A stretch of DNA of 64,000 nt from Candidatus Methanoperedenaceae archaeon (GTDB lineage: Archaea > Halobacteriota > Methanosarcinia > Methanosarcinales > Methanoperedenaceae), in NCBI GenBank assembly GCA_963753595.1, contig CAVWCX010000019.1, positions 29,492 through 93,491 on the forward strand, given 5' to 3'. The number at the start of each line of letters is the position of its first letter. Within the stretch, counting starts at the first letter, position 1. A model generated the notes under the pieces. The model was not told where the DNA came from and ran no database searches. It worked only from the letters and a program-made list of their open reading frames with translations. Positions 14,465-25,788 of this stretch are shown piece after piece. A program made the position numbers and the translations under genes.

Positions 14465-16351
14465 ATGAAACGATTCCAATCTTCGAAATATATGCTCATT
14501 GCATTGATTTCAGCATTGTTGTTAACAGGTGGTGCGGTAGCGCAGGAATGCGACGTACCCAATGCATTGCTTAAGGCACAGTTGTATGATGATGCCCTGA
14601 CTAATTATACTGATTTGCTGAATCAAAATCCAAACAGTTCCTGCGCGCAGAAAGGAATCCAGGATGCACAGCGTTTTTTGACAATAAAATCCTATGAGAT
14701 AGGTCAAGCTTATGAAAATGCCAGTCAATTTAATGAGGCTCGAATAGCGTATATAGAGACTCTGAAAACGTACCCAAACTACATCCCTGCTCAAGAGGCT
14801 CTTGAAAAAGTAAGCGATGATAAGTTCGCTGCGGTGCAAACATTGGCAAATCTTGGTTATTATACTGAGGCCACAGCCAGACTCAAGAAAGTCGTAGAAG
14901 ATAATCCGGGCGCTAAAGTGCCCAAAGACCTTGAATATCTCCCTGGAAGGTCTATATTTTTATGGGGATACATACGAAACTGGATAGAGATATGGGGACA
15001 ACCTCTGGCAGAGATTGTAATTTTCCTGCTTGGATTATATGTCCTGAGATACCGGATTGGGCCCTGGATGTTGGGATTATTCAAACTTAAATGGGATATC
15101 AAGGAATTCAACACGGCATCAGACCTCGATATAGGCAAAGGAATGATGGCGATGGTGGAAGGATCTTTTATGCAAATAGGAAAGGAATCAGGGCATGAGC
15201 ATTTGCATTTAGTATCTGAGGAGTATCAAGATCTCAATAAAATTCCTGCCGATATTAAAGCTGGGTCGCCGCATATAATGTGGGCGTCAAATTTGATTGA
15301 GTGGATATTTCCTTCGAAAGTTATAATGATATCAGGTTATCTGGAGAAGCCAGGGATCGACGGAGTTGGACTGACATTGTCCACTGTGAATAGTCTGACC
15401 GGGGAAATCCTGGGAAATATTACGTTATGGCAGAAAGACTATGATACAGAGATAAAGCCGGCAGAGTCTACAGCGGGGGACAAAAATCTGGCGTCTTCAT
15501 ATTATTACCTTGTAGAGCCGGCAGCAATATGGGTATTTTTCCAGTTGAATGAACAGAGAAAGGCTGCAAAAGAAGAAAAATTTGCCCTTCTAGGCACCGA
15601 TGACTGGAAGAGTTATGCACACTTCCAAGCTGGCGTCCGCTGGCAGCTTGAAGGCAAGAAGGATAAAGCGCGACAGCAATATGTGATGGCTCAGAATCAA
15701 GACATGAATAATTATGGGGCTTTAATTAACCTTGGATATTTGGACATTGAAGATAAAAATTATAATCGTGCTATAGAGCGATTATCGAAGGGGATAGAGA
15801 TGGCGGAGAAATCTAAGAATTATCCTAGAGAGAGGGCGTGGTTTGTGGCGATGTACCAGCTGGCGGCCGCCTACCATTACAAGGGCCATCTGTTGCGAAA
15901 AAAACCGGTTTGTGCACATGAATGCATAGAAAAAGCAAAAGAACATTGTCAAAATTTGCTAAAAGCAATTAATAAGGAAAAGTTCTTGGAGTCGATTGAG
16001 CCGAATGCAATTATCATGCATGCGTCAATCCTGATAGATTTGGCATATCAAGGAGAAACAGATCAAAACAAGATAGAAGAAGCAAAGTCAAAAATAAAGA
16101 ACATTGAAACTGTGTACACTAAACTTGCCCCACGGGTCCGGTATAATTTGGCCTGCTACTACTCGATTGTTGGAGATAAGACAAGTGATCCCAAGGATTA
16201 TAAAAAGGCATTAGAGAACCTTGAATATGCTATCGAAGGAGGGGGCGAAATCATCCAATGGGCGAAGATCGATCCTTCTTTGGAAGGAGTCCGTGAGGTT
16301 AATAACAAAGATTTTGCTAATTTGATCAAAAAGTATTCACCCCAGGAATAA
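14465..16351 (+). CDS. Signal-peptide and single-TM TPR-repeat protein
   Basis: Signal peptide, N-terminal TPRs, TM near aa 185, C-terminal TPRs ending YNLACYYS...AKIDPSLEGVR. Confidence 0.8.
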   Translation: MKRFQSSKYMLIALISALLLTGGAVAQECDVPNALLKAQLYDDALTNYTDLLNQNPNSSCAQKGIQDAQRFLTIKSYEIGQAYENASQFNEARIAYIETLKTYPNYIPAQEALEKVSDDKFAAVQTLANLGYYTEATARLKKVVEDNPGAKVPKDLEYLPGRSIFLWGYIRNWIEIWGQPLAEIVIFLLGLYVLRYRIGPWMLGLFKLKWDIKEFNTASDLDIGKGMMAMVEGSFMQIGKESGHEHLHLVSEEYQDLNKIPADIKAGSPHIMWASNLIEWIFPSKVIMISGYLEKPGIDGVGLTLSTVNSLTGEILGNITLWQKDYDTEIKPAESTAGDKNLASSYYYLVEPAAIWVFFQLNEQRKAAKEEKFALLGTDDWKSYAHFQAGVRWQLEGKKDKARQQYVMAQNQDMNNYGALINLGYLDIEDKNYNRAIERLSKGIEMAEKSKNYPRERAWFVAMYQLAAAYHYKGHLLRKKPVCAHECIEKAKEHCQNLLKAINKEKFLESIEPNAIIMHASILIDLAYQGETDQNKIEEAKSKIKNIETVYTKLAPRVRYNLACYYSIVGDKTSDPKDYKKALENLEYAIEGGGEIIQWAKIDPSLEGVREVNNKDFANLIKKYSPQE

Positions 16352-16517
16352 TCGGATTCATCCGACCTGCCCATCTGATTCTGAAAGCTGATACGCTCCA
16401 TGAAACACTTGCGAAAAAGCTTGGCATCAGCGCCAAGCTACTGCGGCGCTGGGCGCTTTTGGCTGACCTGATGCGCATCGTAGGAAATAAAGATTAAGGT
16501 CCAGTAGATATTGATAG

Positions 16518-19500
16518 CTATTTCCTCCTCCCTATTCCCATCTTCATCTTAACATCCTCTACATCCCAATCCTTCACAAGCTCACCCTCTGCCTCAACCT
16601 CAGGGCCTATCGCCAATGATTTCGCGCGCACCTCACTTGCAATGAAATCCTTCATTTCAAGAACAAGTACAGCAACCCTCTCATCTTTGATCTCCACGGC
16701 TGCCCTTATCTCCTCTTCCACGGCAAGGTCTAACTCCTTTCGCATATCCTGAATCCTGCGTATGACTTCGCGTGAATAGCCTTCGGATTCAATTTCCCGC
16801 GTGAGCTCTGTATCAACATACACATCGCCTGCTGAAAATCCCGCGGCGGCAATGGCAGGCGGAATCAGGTCTTTAAAAGTCACCATTTCTGCGGTGATCG
16901 TCCCGGCTTTCAATTCGAAACTTCCGGTTTCCAGAATGGATTTTTTTATGGCTCTGCCGTCTGCCGTCTTCAATTCAGCAATGACTTTTCCTGCTTCTTT
17001 CTTAAAAGCAGGACCAAGAGCCGCATGATTGGGCAGGACTTCAACTCCAAGCTCACTGAAAGTTTCACCAATATTTAATAATACGATCTCTTTGGCATTT
17101 GTCTGTTCCTTCAAAACAGTTTCAAGGTCCAAAACCGCTTCATTTACGATCTCATTTTTTGGCGCAACAACAATTTTCTTGACCGGCCATCTCAATTTGC
17201 GTTTGAGTTTCTGCCTTGCATTTGAGGAGGCTTCAACAATTTCCCTGATGATATCCATCCTCTTTTCAAGCTCAAGGTCAATAAATTTCTCATTTGGCCC
17301 CTGCCAATCGCACATGTGAACACTTTCGGGCGCAGCCGGATGGATATTTCGCACAAGGTTCCCATACATCTCCTCGGAAATATGGGGCGCAAAAGGCGCC
17401 AGCACTTTTGTCAATGTGACAAGAACTTCATATAAAGTATAATATGCTGCCAGTTTGTCAGGATCGTTCGCCTCTGTCCATGTCCTTGGTCTTATAAGCT
17501 GTATATACCAGCGGGAGAGATCTTCAAGAATAAATTCCGATATTGGACGCGTGGCTTTATGAAGATTGTACTCAGACATTGCAATTTCAACCTTCTTGAT
17601 CAGGCTTTGCACTCTTGACAATATCCACCTGTCCTCAACTCGAAGCGGCAGTGTGGCAAGACGCTCTTTTGTATCAACCGGATTGAAATTATCAAGGATC
17701 ATATAAGGCAGCGGGAACCTATACACATTCCAGAGGATGTTGAGCATCCTGTTAATTGTCCCGACTTCTTCCCATATAAATTTCAGGTCATCCCATGGCG
17801 CATTCTGCGAAAGCACATATAAACGAAGGGATTCTGCCCCATATTTGTTAATAACATCATCAGGAGAAACCACATTGCCAAGACTCTTTGACATCTTCTT
17901 TCCTTCAGTGTCCAGGGTAAAACCATGCATCAGGACGCTCTTATAAGGCGCTTTCCCGAAAGAGACCATGCTTGCTCCCATCTGTGAATAGAACCAGCCG
18001 CGTGTCTGGTCATGGCCTTCAGTGATAAAATCAGCAGGCCACCATTCCTTATACGTTTGAGCATCGCGCGGGAAATTCAATGTGGCCCATGATGCCACTG
18101 CTGAGTCAAACCAGACATCGAACACATCAGGAACGCGGCTCATTCTCTTTTCGCATTTACTGCATTTGATATGGATATTATCTACATAGGGCCGGTGAAG
18201 GTCTGTAAGATTTTTCACACCAGACCTGTTCTTCAATTCTTCCATTGTTCCCATTACTTCTACTTCGCCGCAAAAATCGCATATCCATACAGGGATCGGG
18301 ATACCCCAGTACCTCTGGCGGGAAATGCACCAGTCACGAGATCCTTTTACCCAGTCGGCAAAACGGGCAGAACCCGCCCATTCAGGGTACCATTTCACTT
18401 TCTTTATCTCCTCAAGCATTTTATCCTTAATGTCCGTGATCCTCAGGAACCACTGCTCTGTGGCAAGATATATTATCGGGGTCTTGCATCTCCAGCAATT
18501 TCCATACCTGTGGGAGATCTTCCCGCTTGCCAGCAGGAGACCTTTTTCAGAAAGGTCATCAAGCACTACTTTATTTGCTTCCCTGACATGCATTCCTTTG
18601 TACTCACCTGCTTCCTCGGTGTATTTTCCATCAGGCCCGACAGGACAGAAAATTGGAAGTTTGTGTTTCATTCCCAGTTCAAAATCGTCAATACCGTGAC
18701 CGGGGGCAATGTGAACACAGCCTGTATTTTCAGCAGTAACAAAGTCTGCAAGGTAAACATTATGAGGGAACGTATTCTGTTTGGGCACCTTGTGGCCAAG
18801 AGGGGCTTTGTATTCTATCTTAAGATCTTCACCCAGAATCGTCTCAAGGATCTCAGATTTCTGGTATCTTCCCTGTTTCAGGACATTTTTCAGGAGCTCT
18901 TTTGCCAATATCAGTATCTCTTCCTTTTCGTTCTTGAACACTCTTACTTTTACGTATTCAAACGAAGGATGGACCGCCACAGCGATATTGGCGGGAATTG
19001 TCCAGGGAGTTGTTGTCCATATTACGATAAAGGTATTCTCTTCATTTACGACCGGGAACTTGATATAGACCGAAGGGTCGGAAACATCCGAATATTCAAC
19101 CTCGGAGTCAGCTATGGCCGTTTCACATCTGGGACACCAGTTTACGACCCTTAAGCCTCTTTCAAGAAGGTTCTTTTCATTCGCTTTTTTTAGCGTCCAC
19201 CAGGCAGCTTCAATATATTCATCGCGCAGTGTCATGTATGGGTCTTTCCAGTTGAGCCAGACACCCAGATTCTGGAACTGGAGAGTCATTTCATCACGAT
19301 GTGAAAGGGCAAATTCCTTGCATTTTGCCACGAAATTCCCCACACCGTATTTCTCAATGTCTTTTTTTGATTTGAATCCAAGAACCCCTTCGACTTTTAC
19401 TTCTATGGGAAGGCCGTGCATATCCCATCCTGCCCTGTCAAGTACATGGAAACCGTTCATGGATTTATAACGCAGGATCGAATCCTTTATAATTTTGTTC

Positions 19501-19676
19501 CAGGCAGTTCCAAGGTGTATACGTCCTGTAGTATAAGGTGGACCATCAACGAAAAAGAATTTCTTCCCATTTGCCCTTTGTTCTCTCACCCTGGAATAGG
19601 CATCAATTTCATCCCATAAATTATGGATTTTCTGTTCAAGTGATTTAGCATCATATTGCCCGGCTTCTTTTAGCAT
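16518..19676 (-). CDS. ileS: Isoleucyl-tRNA synthetase
   Basis: [37 protein letters not shown]. Confidence 0.98.
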   Translation of the reverse strand: MLKEAGQYDAKSLEQKIHNLWDEIDAYSRVREQRANGKKFFFVDGPPYTTGRIHLGTAWNKIIKDSILRYKSMNGFHVLDRAGWDMHGLPIEVKVEGVLGFKSKKDIEKYGVGNFVAKCKEFALSHRDEMTLQFQNLGVWLNWKDPYMTLRDEYIEAAWWTLKKANEKNLLERGLRVVNWCPRCETAIADSEVEYSDVSDPSVYIKFPVVNEENTFIVIWTTTPWTIPANIAVAVHPSFEYVKVRVFKNEKEEILILAKELLKNVLKQGRYQKSEILETILGEDLKIEYKAPLGHKVPKQNTFPHNVYLADFVTAENTGCVHIAPGHGIDDFELGMKHKLPIFCPVGPDGKYTEEAGEYKGMHVREANKVVLDDLSEKGLLLASGKISHRYGNCWRCKTPIIYLATEQWFLRITDIKDKMLEEIKKVKWYPEWAGSARFADWVKGSRDWCISRQRYWGIPIPVWICDFCGEVEVMGTMEELKNRSGVKNLTDLHRPYVDNIHIKCSKCEKRMSRVPDVFDVWFDSAVASWATLNFPRDAQTYKEWWPADFITEGHDQTRGWFYSQMGASMVSFGKAPYKSVLMHGFTLDTEGKKMSKSLGNVVSPDDVINKYGAESLRLYVLSQNAPWDDLKFIWEEVGTINRMLNILWNVYRFPLPYMILDNFNPVDTKERLATLPLRVEDRWILSRVQSLIKKVEIAMSEYNLHKATRPISEFILEDLSRWYIQLIRPRTWTEANDPDKLAAYYTLYEVLVTLTKVLAPFAPHISEEMYGNLVRNIHPAAPESVHMCDWQGPNEKFIDLELEKRMDIIREIVEASSNARQKLKRKLRWPVKKIVVAPKNEIVNEAVLDLETVLKEQTNAKEIVLLNIGETFSELGVEVLPNHAALGPAFKKEAGKVIAELKTADGRAIKKSILETGSFELKAGTITAEMVTFKDLIPPAIAAAGFSAGDVYVDTELTREIESEGYSREVIRRIQDMRKELDLAVEEEIRAAVEIKDERVAVLVLEMKDFIASEVRAKSLAIGPEVEAEGELVKDWDVEDVKMKMGIGRRK

Positions 19677-19777
19677 ATAAATAATCTCCAAGGTAATGAG
19701 TGGTTAGTAAGGCGATGAAGCAATTAAAACCTTATGGTACTGTAAGCTTTAATATGTTTAACGTCTAAAAATAATAC

Positions 19778-20176
19778 ATGACAAAAGTTGAAGTTCTTCT
19801 TGCAACAGATGGTTCCGAATCCGCGAAAAAAGCAGAAATTGCAGCTTTAAAAATCACACAATCATATAACATCCGAATGGCGGCTCTCTATGTGGTGAAT
19901 GTTCCTTCCACACCCGAACAGGCTGAATTGATAAAATTCGGTGAAAAAGTCCTGGACGAAGTGGCCGAAGATGGAAAAAAGATGGGGATAGAAATCCAAA
20001 AAATATTAAAACTTGGAAGCCCGGCTGAAACTATCCTTAATGTGGCAAAAAGCCTCAACGTCCATACAATCGTGATGGGCTCCGAAGGGAAAAAAGGAAT
20101 TAAGAGAGTATTCCTAGGAAGCGTAGCCGAGAACGTGGTAAGAAATGCACAATGCAGCGTCCTTGTTGCAAGATGA
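19778..20176 (+). CDS. Universal stress protein (UspA family)
   Basis: LLATDGSES, IVMGSEG...FLGSVAENVVRNAQCSVLV. Confidence 0.92.
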   Translation: MTKVEVLLATDGSESAKKAEIAALKITQSYNIRMAALYVVNVPSTPEQAELIKFGEKVLDEVAEDGKKMGIEIQKILKLGSPAETILNVAKSLNVHTIVMGSEGKKGIKRVFLGSVAENVVRNAQCSVLVAR

Positions 20177-20212
20177 CATATTTATATGAATCATATGAAT
20201 TGAAGGAGTAAC

Positions 20213-20620
20213 ATGAAATATACAAATATCCAGATCTCAGCAGATTCAAGTGCAAAAGATATTGCCCCCTTTGCACTGGCAATTCATGAACTTCTGGGGC
20301 TTCCGGTCACTATGAGAAGCCTGAATAAAAAAGGGGTCAGGATCGAAAAAGGAAAGATCCTTGATAATGATTATTCCGGTCCCATTCTTGAAACCGTCCT
20401 GAAAGAAAACAAGACATCACGAACAATTCCCACCAGCGGCAAATACGCCGGAATTCCTGTTATTGTGACACCAATAAGAAACCAGGAAGGTTATGGCATT
20501 GCTGCCATCGGGGTTGTTGATGTTGTAGGTACGGTAGACCTTGGTTTCATATTTGGCGATTATCCTGAAGTGGTAAAACAGGTACAGGAATGCGTGAGGG
20601 CGCGCGTGACTGTTCCTTGA
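20213..20620 (+). CDS. DUF2111-like conserved methanogen protein
   Basis: LPVTMRS...GVRIEKG...GIPVIVTPI...AAIGVVD. Confidence 0.7.
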   Translation: MKYTNIQISADSSAKDIAPFALAIHELLGLPVTMRSLNKKGVRIEKGKILDNDYSGPILETVLKENKTSRTIPTSGKYAGIPVIVTPIRNQEGYGIAAIGVVDVVGTVDLGFIFGDYPEVVKQVQECVRARVTVP

Positions 20621-21063
20621 AGCAGCGGATCCGCTTGGCAACAAAAGAGGACATTGATGCCCTTTTGAGTCTTGAAAATATATGTTTCAAGGAAGAAACA
20701 TTTCATAGAAGGCAACTAAAATACCTGTTGCAGAAAGCAAGATCGATAGTATTGGTCGCAGAAATTGACCGCAATATTATCGGGTCAATGATAATCCTGT
20801 TAAGAACAAAAATCTTAAATGCAAGGATATATTCTTTCAATGTACATCCGGAACACAGGCGCAGAGGGGTAGCCAGTTCGCTCATGGAAACTGCCTTTGA
20901 TATATTAAAGGAAAAAGGATATAAAAATATCACACTTGAGGTAGGGATCACCAACAAGGTCGCCCAGAATCTATACCAGTCAAGGGGTTTTATTGTTGAT
21001 AAAAAATTATTTAATTACTATACTAACGGCGATAATGCGCTGCATCTTACAAGAAAATTATAG
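20617..21063 (+). CDS. RimI-like GNAT acetyltransferase
   Basis: VHPEHRRRGVAS, LEV...N..AQNLY...GF, YYTNGDNAL; probable TTG start overlapping the upstream stop. Confidence 0.88.
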   Translation: MKQRIRLATKEDIDALLSLENICFKEETFHRRQLKYLLQKARSIVLVAEIDRNIIGSMIILLRTKILNARIYSFNVHPEHRRRGVASSLMETAFDILKEKGYKNITLEVGITNKVAQNLYQSRGFIVDKKLFNYYTNGDNALHLTRKL

Positions 21064-21116
21064 TATAAAAATATCAGGATAAAAAAATCATGATCAAGAA
21101 ATCACGATCATGAAAA

Positions 21117-22004
21117 TTACGAAATAAGTGCCTTTATGATCTTTCCATAAATATCCCTGTCAACAGTATCCTCATAGCCGTCATATATACTTGGATTATC
21201 ATTTATTTCGATGACCTTATATCCATCCTTTGTTTCTTTTACATCAAGACCATAAAGACCGTTGCCTACGCATTTTGACAGCGTTATGGATATTTCTTTC
21301 AATTCCGGTGAAATAGAATCCCTTGATAATGCAATAGTATCTCCCCATACGTTTTTTCCGTCGATCTTTGATTTTACCTTCCAGCCACCTTTTGGCATGC
21401 AATATTTGCATAAATAAAGGACTTCATTCCTGAGTATCCCAACGCGCCAGTCAAAGTCTGATTGGATATATTCCTGAAGTACAAGGACTTTAGCTTTCAT
21501 CAGCAAATGTTTTGATACTTCAACAAATTCTGTTTCATCCCTGGCTTTTTCGACATGGGACGAAAAACGAGTATATGGTGTTTTAATTATCACAGGCAAT
21601 CCAAGTGTCTTGAATATTTTATCAAGAGTTTCCCTTGAATAATCACCATGAAATAAAATAGACTTTGGCGAAGGAATATTATTTTTCTGGAAAAGGTCAT
21701 GCAGGATCGCCTTGTTGGAGCATGTCCTGATAGAGTGAGGGTCATCGATGACTTTCAATCCTGATTGTTCTGCAAGTCTTGAAACAATGTATGCAGAGCT
21801 GCTCGGATCAGTTGTGGCTCTTATGAAAAGGGCATCATAATCCGGGATTTTCGAAATATCGTCTTTATAGATAAATTCAAACGCATGCCCCATCGATTCT
21901 GCGGTGGACTTGAATTTATTCAGGGCGCTGCGTTCAGATTTAAGATTAAAGTTATAGGCTTCGACAAAACAGGCTATTTTCATTTTTTTCTCATGTTTTA
22001 GCAC
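21117..22004 (-). CDS. RimK-like ATP-grasp ligase
   Basis: DALFIRATT, QEYIQSDFDWRVG, GLYGLDVK...IEINDNPSI. Confidence 0.9.
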   Translation of the reverse strand: MLKHEKKMKIACFVEAYNFNLKSERSALNKFKSTAESMGHAFEFIYKDDISKIPDYDALFIRATTDPSSSAYIVSRLAEQSGLKVIDDPHSIRTCSNKAILHDLFQKNNIPSPKSILFHGDYSRETLDKIFKTLGLPVIIKTPYTRFSSHVEKARDETEFVEVSKHLLMKAKVLVLQEYIQSDFDWRVGILRNEVLYLCKYCMPKGGWKVKSKIDGKNVWGDTIALSRDSISPELKEISITLSKCVGNGLYGLDVKETKDGYKVIEINDNPSIYDGYEDTVDRDIYGKIIKALIS

Positions 22005-22010
22005 CTGTAT

Positions 22011-22673
22011 TTATCGGCTCTTGATAGTTCCTGCACCTATTATCTCGTGCAGTTTATCATGAACGATATCCCACTTCACTTCTTTTTTTGTCGCAGGTTC
22101 GCAATGGTTCAGAACGACTCCGCCATCGTCTATCTGAACAACCAATTTACAAATGGGGATATTGAATACTTCAAAGAATTTTTTAGCAAATTCTGAGGTT
22201 TCTTCGTTGGTTGATTCCCCGAACATTTGTATTATTTCCACCACTTCTCCTGTAAGAGGATGTAACGAGACAGGAAATCTTGCACCCATACTCATTCTCT
22301 TTATCATTCCAGGAAGTTTTGAGCTGGAATCCACCACTTTCATTGAGTTATTGGTAAAAGGATTTACGGCAAACATTACGACCGGAGCATCAATTTCGCT
22401 TCGCCCAGATGTTACAAGCCTGTAATCGCTGGTGCGAAGGCCATGTCTTTTTGCTTTTTCGATCAAAAGCGGGTTCCTGTATGCATCCATTATTTCGGTA
22501 CAATTCGGTGTGACTTCTACTCCAAAGGTTTCAGCATGTGCAGATACATAATAACCCATCCTCAAATAACGGTAGTCATGGTTGATATTAAGTACGCTGT
22601 CGTGTACTGGTTGCCCTAAAAAATTAAACGGATTAGAGTCGCTATCATCTTCGTCTTCACTGACTATAATCAT
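22011..22673 (-). CDS. RLAN (RimK-like ATP-grasp N-terminal) domain protein
   Basis: VLNINHDYRYLRMGYYVSAHAE motif. Confidence 0.75.
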   Translation of the reverse strand: MIIVSEDEDDSDSNPFNFLGQPVHDSVLNINHDYRYLRMGYYVSAHAETFGVEVTPNCTEIMDAYRNPLLIEKAKRHGLRTSDYRLVTSGRSEIDAPVVMFAVNPFTNNSMKVVDSSSKLPGMIKRMSMGARFPVSLHPLTGEVVEIIQMFGESTNEETSEFAKKFFEVFNIPICKLVVQIDDGGVVLNHCEPATKKEVKWDIVHDKLHEIIGAGTIKSR

Positions 22674-22765
22674 TTTTGATATCAGTCCGTTACCATATCA
22701 TTATAATCTGAGTATAAATAAGTAACGGCTTGCAACTCTGGTTTCCAGTGAAATCACCTAAATAA

Positions 22766-22824
22766 AACCAACACGAACAAACTCCGATAGCGGGAGTTCG
22801 TATCAGTTCGTTCGGGTTAGTTGT
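22766..22824. repeat. REP-like palindrome family A, copy 1
   Basis: GAGTTCGTATCAGTTCGTTCGGGTTAGTTGT arm, overlapping the ccmF stop. Confidence 0.75.
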
Positions 22825-25186
22825 TCTTTGACTTTGTTCTCACTGCCATTATCAGGATTATTCCTATTGCAAAAAGTACAACGCCGATCCATGCAAAATT
22901 CACAGCAGGAATTATTTTCAAAGTGAGGGGAACAACTCCGCCGCCAAGACCCTGGAATATTACATATATGTCGGTCCCTGTAATGCTGCTGTCAACGAGC
23001 GGGAATGTCCCGCTTCCGCTCTGTGATTCAAGGTATTCAGCGACTCCGCCCCCTATTTTCTTGTTATCCTGGTAAACTTCAAGCTGGACGCTCTGGACAT
23101 TATAATTGCCCGAAGCTGTCCCCTCTGTGATCTGTTCCGGGTTTGAGAAAACAATGAGGGCGCAGGGATTTACTGTTGTGCAGGGTGAACCTGTAGAATT
23201 ACTTGAGAAATCTTTCATGAGGAAACCTTCTACTGTAAGTTCCATTCCTTCCTGGAATTCAATTGGCGTATCTGCCTGTGCAGCAGCCCATAGGCTTCCT
23301 GTCCCGTCATTTATCTGCAAATACTTATAATTAATAGAAGGCGGGGATACGACTTTTACCAATTTTCCGCTGATTTTTACATTATTATTGGCATATTCGT
23401 CGGGACTCCCGTATATTTTCGATATGCTTATTGTTCCTGCCGGAAGATCCGTGGTTTGCACCAGGCTTCGGGTTGAAAAATCAATTATTTTTATACCATA
23501 ACCATTTCCGATATCCGCTAATTGTCCTTTTGACGCCAGCGGTATATTGGCATTTTCGATGGTCTGGGTAAAATTTGAGCTTATGATGGCGCCAAATAAA
23601 ATAAATACTACCCCAAAATGCACTACCGCTATGCCAATACCTTTGATTTTGGGTCTTATGCTTTCGATCCGAAGATATTCCCTGAGGCGCCGGATGGTTG
23701 ACCATGCCGCATATATCATGGATGGGAAAATAGATATTACTGAAATATTACCAATTATCTTATAAAGAGCAGGCTCTCTTGCCCAGAAAGGGCTATAATG
23801 ATCAAGCACATAAAAGTTCTCTGTTCTAAGGAACATGGTTATTATTGACAAACCAGTTACTATGAAAAGTATTTTTTTCTGCTCTTCTTTCTCCTTCTCA
23901 TTATAGTTTAAGCAAAAGCCAAGTGCAAGCATCAATATTATTGTGAATGGATAGCTCCAGATATTGAAGAAATTCTTGGTATCAGAGGCGACTCCCACTT
24001 TGAGCCCCTGCGTGATCTGTATGAACGCGGGGAAGGAAATGCCCCAGAATGAGATAAATGCCAGAACCACGAACAACAACAGTGTAACATAGAAAATATT
24101 CGTCTTGTTCCAGAATCCGCGGTCTTCCTCCAATTTGTCCGGTTCCTCAAAATAACGCCGCAGACCCAGTATGATGGATACAAGCGTTGTGATCCCTATA
24201 AAAACCAAAAGCAAAGTACCTGTTGAACTGTCACCAAAAGCATGGACCGAATTAAAAATACCGCTCCTGACAACTATTGCGGCATAAAGTACAAGAATGA
24301 ATGAAACAACCGCAAGTATTGGCGCAGCTATTGAAAATGTCGCCTTGTTCTTCCTGTGAAGAGCCGCAGCATGCATAAAAGCCGTAAGCGTTAACCATGG
24401 GATAAAAGATGCAGTCTCAACAGGATCCCATGCCCAGAATCCGCCCCAGCCCAGTACAAGGTATGCCCAGACGCCCCCTACAGCTATACCCATTCCCAGG
24501 AACAACCAGGTAAACCGCGCCCACTGCCTGCCAAGTTCTTCCCAGCCGTCTTCTTTTGTGAACAGGTAAACGATTGCTGCTGCAAATGGTATTGTCATAG
24601 TCGCATAGCCGATGAACATAAGAGGTGGATGGACCGTCATCCAGAAATTTACAAGGAGGGCATTAAGGCCATTGCCAACTTCAGGAACAAAATCAGGTGG
24701 CAGAGTCCCTTTTGCGATCATGTCAACTACTTCAGGCCGCTCGATTATAAGCTTAAAAGGTGATTGCACAAGGGTTATTATAATAAGATACATTCCCGAA
24801 AGAAGAGTAATTATCTGGGTCCTTCGTGCAAGGGCAGTTTTATGGTTTGTTGTCACAGCGAGCCATGCAGCAGACAGGTACACTACCCAGACCCATAGGA
24901 GGTATGTGCCTTGCTGGCCAGCCCATGTACCGGATATTTTATAAATAAGAGGAAGATCGGCACTTGAGTATTGCCACACATAATCGTAAGCGAAGTCACT
25001 GTATACAAAATAATATGTAAGGAGAATGTATGAAAACGTGAGAAGCCCTGCCCCCGCTATTATTGCGGGCGTTATAAGCTTATTTAACAATTCGATATTT
25101 TTTATTTCCCGGGATATTAATCCCACAAGTGCAATAACGCTAACTGCAAGACTTGCATAAAGTAATGTGTCACCTAATGGTATCAT
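22817..25186 (-). CDS. ccmF: Cytochrome c biogenesis heme lyase CcmF with OB-fold insertion
   Basis: WAGQQG, HPP, WGGFWAWDPVET (WWD domain), SVHAF; many TM helices. Confidence 0.92.
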   Translation of the reverse strand: MIPLGDTLLYASLAVSVIALVGLISREIKNIELLNKLITPAIIAGAGLLTFSYILLTYYFVYSDFAYDYVWQYSSADLPLIYKISGTWAGQQGTYLLWVWVVYLSAAWLAVTTNHKTALARRTQIITLLSGMYLIIITLVQSPFKLIIERPEVVDMIAKGTLPPDFVPEVGNGLNALLVNFWMTVHPPLMFIGYATMTIPFAAAIVYLFTKEDGWEELGRQWARFTWLFLGMGIAVGGVWAYLVLGWGGFWAWDPVETASFIPWLTLTAFMHAAALHRKNKATFSIAAPILAVVSFILVLYAAIVVRSGIFNSVHAFGDSSTGTLLLVFIGITTLVSIILGLRRYFEEPDKLEEDRGFWNKTNIFYVTLLLFVVLAFISFWGISFPAFIQITQGLKVGVASDTKNFFNIWSYPFTIILMLALGFCLNYNEKEKEEQKKILFIVTGLSIITMFLRTENFYVLDHYSPFWAREPALYKIIGNISVISIFPSMIYAAWSTIRRLREYLRIESIRPKIKGIGIAVVHFGVVFILFGAIISSNFTQTIENANIPLASKGQLADIGNGYGIKIIDFSTRSLVQTTDLPAGTISISKIYGSPDEYANNNVKISGKLVKVVSPPSINYKYLQINDGTGSLWAAAQADTPIEFQEGMELTVEGFLMKDFSSNSTGSPCTTVNPCALIVFSNPEQITEGTASGNYNVQSVQLEVYQDNKKIGGGVAEYLESQSGSGTFPLVDSSITGTDIYVIFQGLGGGVVPLTLKIIPAVNFAWIGVVLFAIGIILIMAVRTKSKNN

Positions 25187-25189
25187 GTT

Positions 25190-25669
25190 TTATCTCCTAA
25201 CGTCATCCCTTATTTTCGTAACAATCGGAAGTAAATAATTTGCATCAACCGATCCCGGTACCCTCTGCAGTATATTACCCTTCGGGTCCATGAAAATAAG
25301 ATAGGGAGGATAGCTTACCCCATATTGCCGGGCGACCTCCCTGTCGATATCAAGGTCCATTGATACAAGAACATAGTCTTCCTCAAGGATCTTCTTTACC
25401 TGGGGATTTCCCAGTGTATTTATCTGGAATCCGGCGCAATACTGGCACCATATAGCCCAGAAATACACCATGACAGGTTTATTTTCCTGCTGTGCGATCT
25501 GGAAACCTTCTTCAAGCCCGGAAGCTGCGCGGTGAAATTTTATGCCGCCAAGATAACTATTCTTATCATCGCTGAAAGTAAAATTTTTAAGCGCAGTAGT
25601 ATAAGTTAAATATGCAAATAACAAAAGTAATACCAATACAATTATCGACACGAGTTTTTTGGTTCTCAT
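25190..25669 (-). CDS. Membrane-anchored thioredoxin-family protein
   Basis: N-terminal TM, WCQYC. Confidence 0.88.
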   Translation of the reverse strand: MRTKKLVSIIVLVLLLLFAYLTYTTALKNFTFSDDKNSYLGGIKFHRAASGLEEGFQIAQQENKPVMVYFWAIWCQYCAGFQINTLGNPQVKKILEEDYVLVSMDLDIDREVARQYGVSYPPYLIFMDPKGNILQRVPGSVDANYLLPIVTKIRDDVRR

Positions 25670-25788
25670 ATGTTCTTTCCTATTGTTTTGAATCGAATAT
25701 AAGTATATATGTTTTTAGTGGGTGTAAACTCTGATTTTATCCCGTTTTTTTTCTTGTGAGTCCCGAAAAAATTTCCCGCTGCCCTTGG

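Noticed and set aside
18171-19154. 327-aa ORF opposite ileS
   Set aside because: Antisense shadow with no motifs; the same applies to 40336..41043 opposite srp54.
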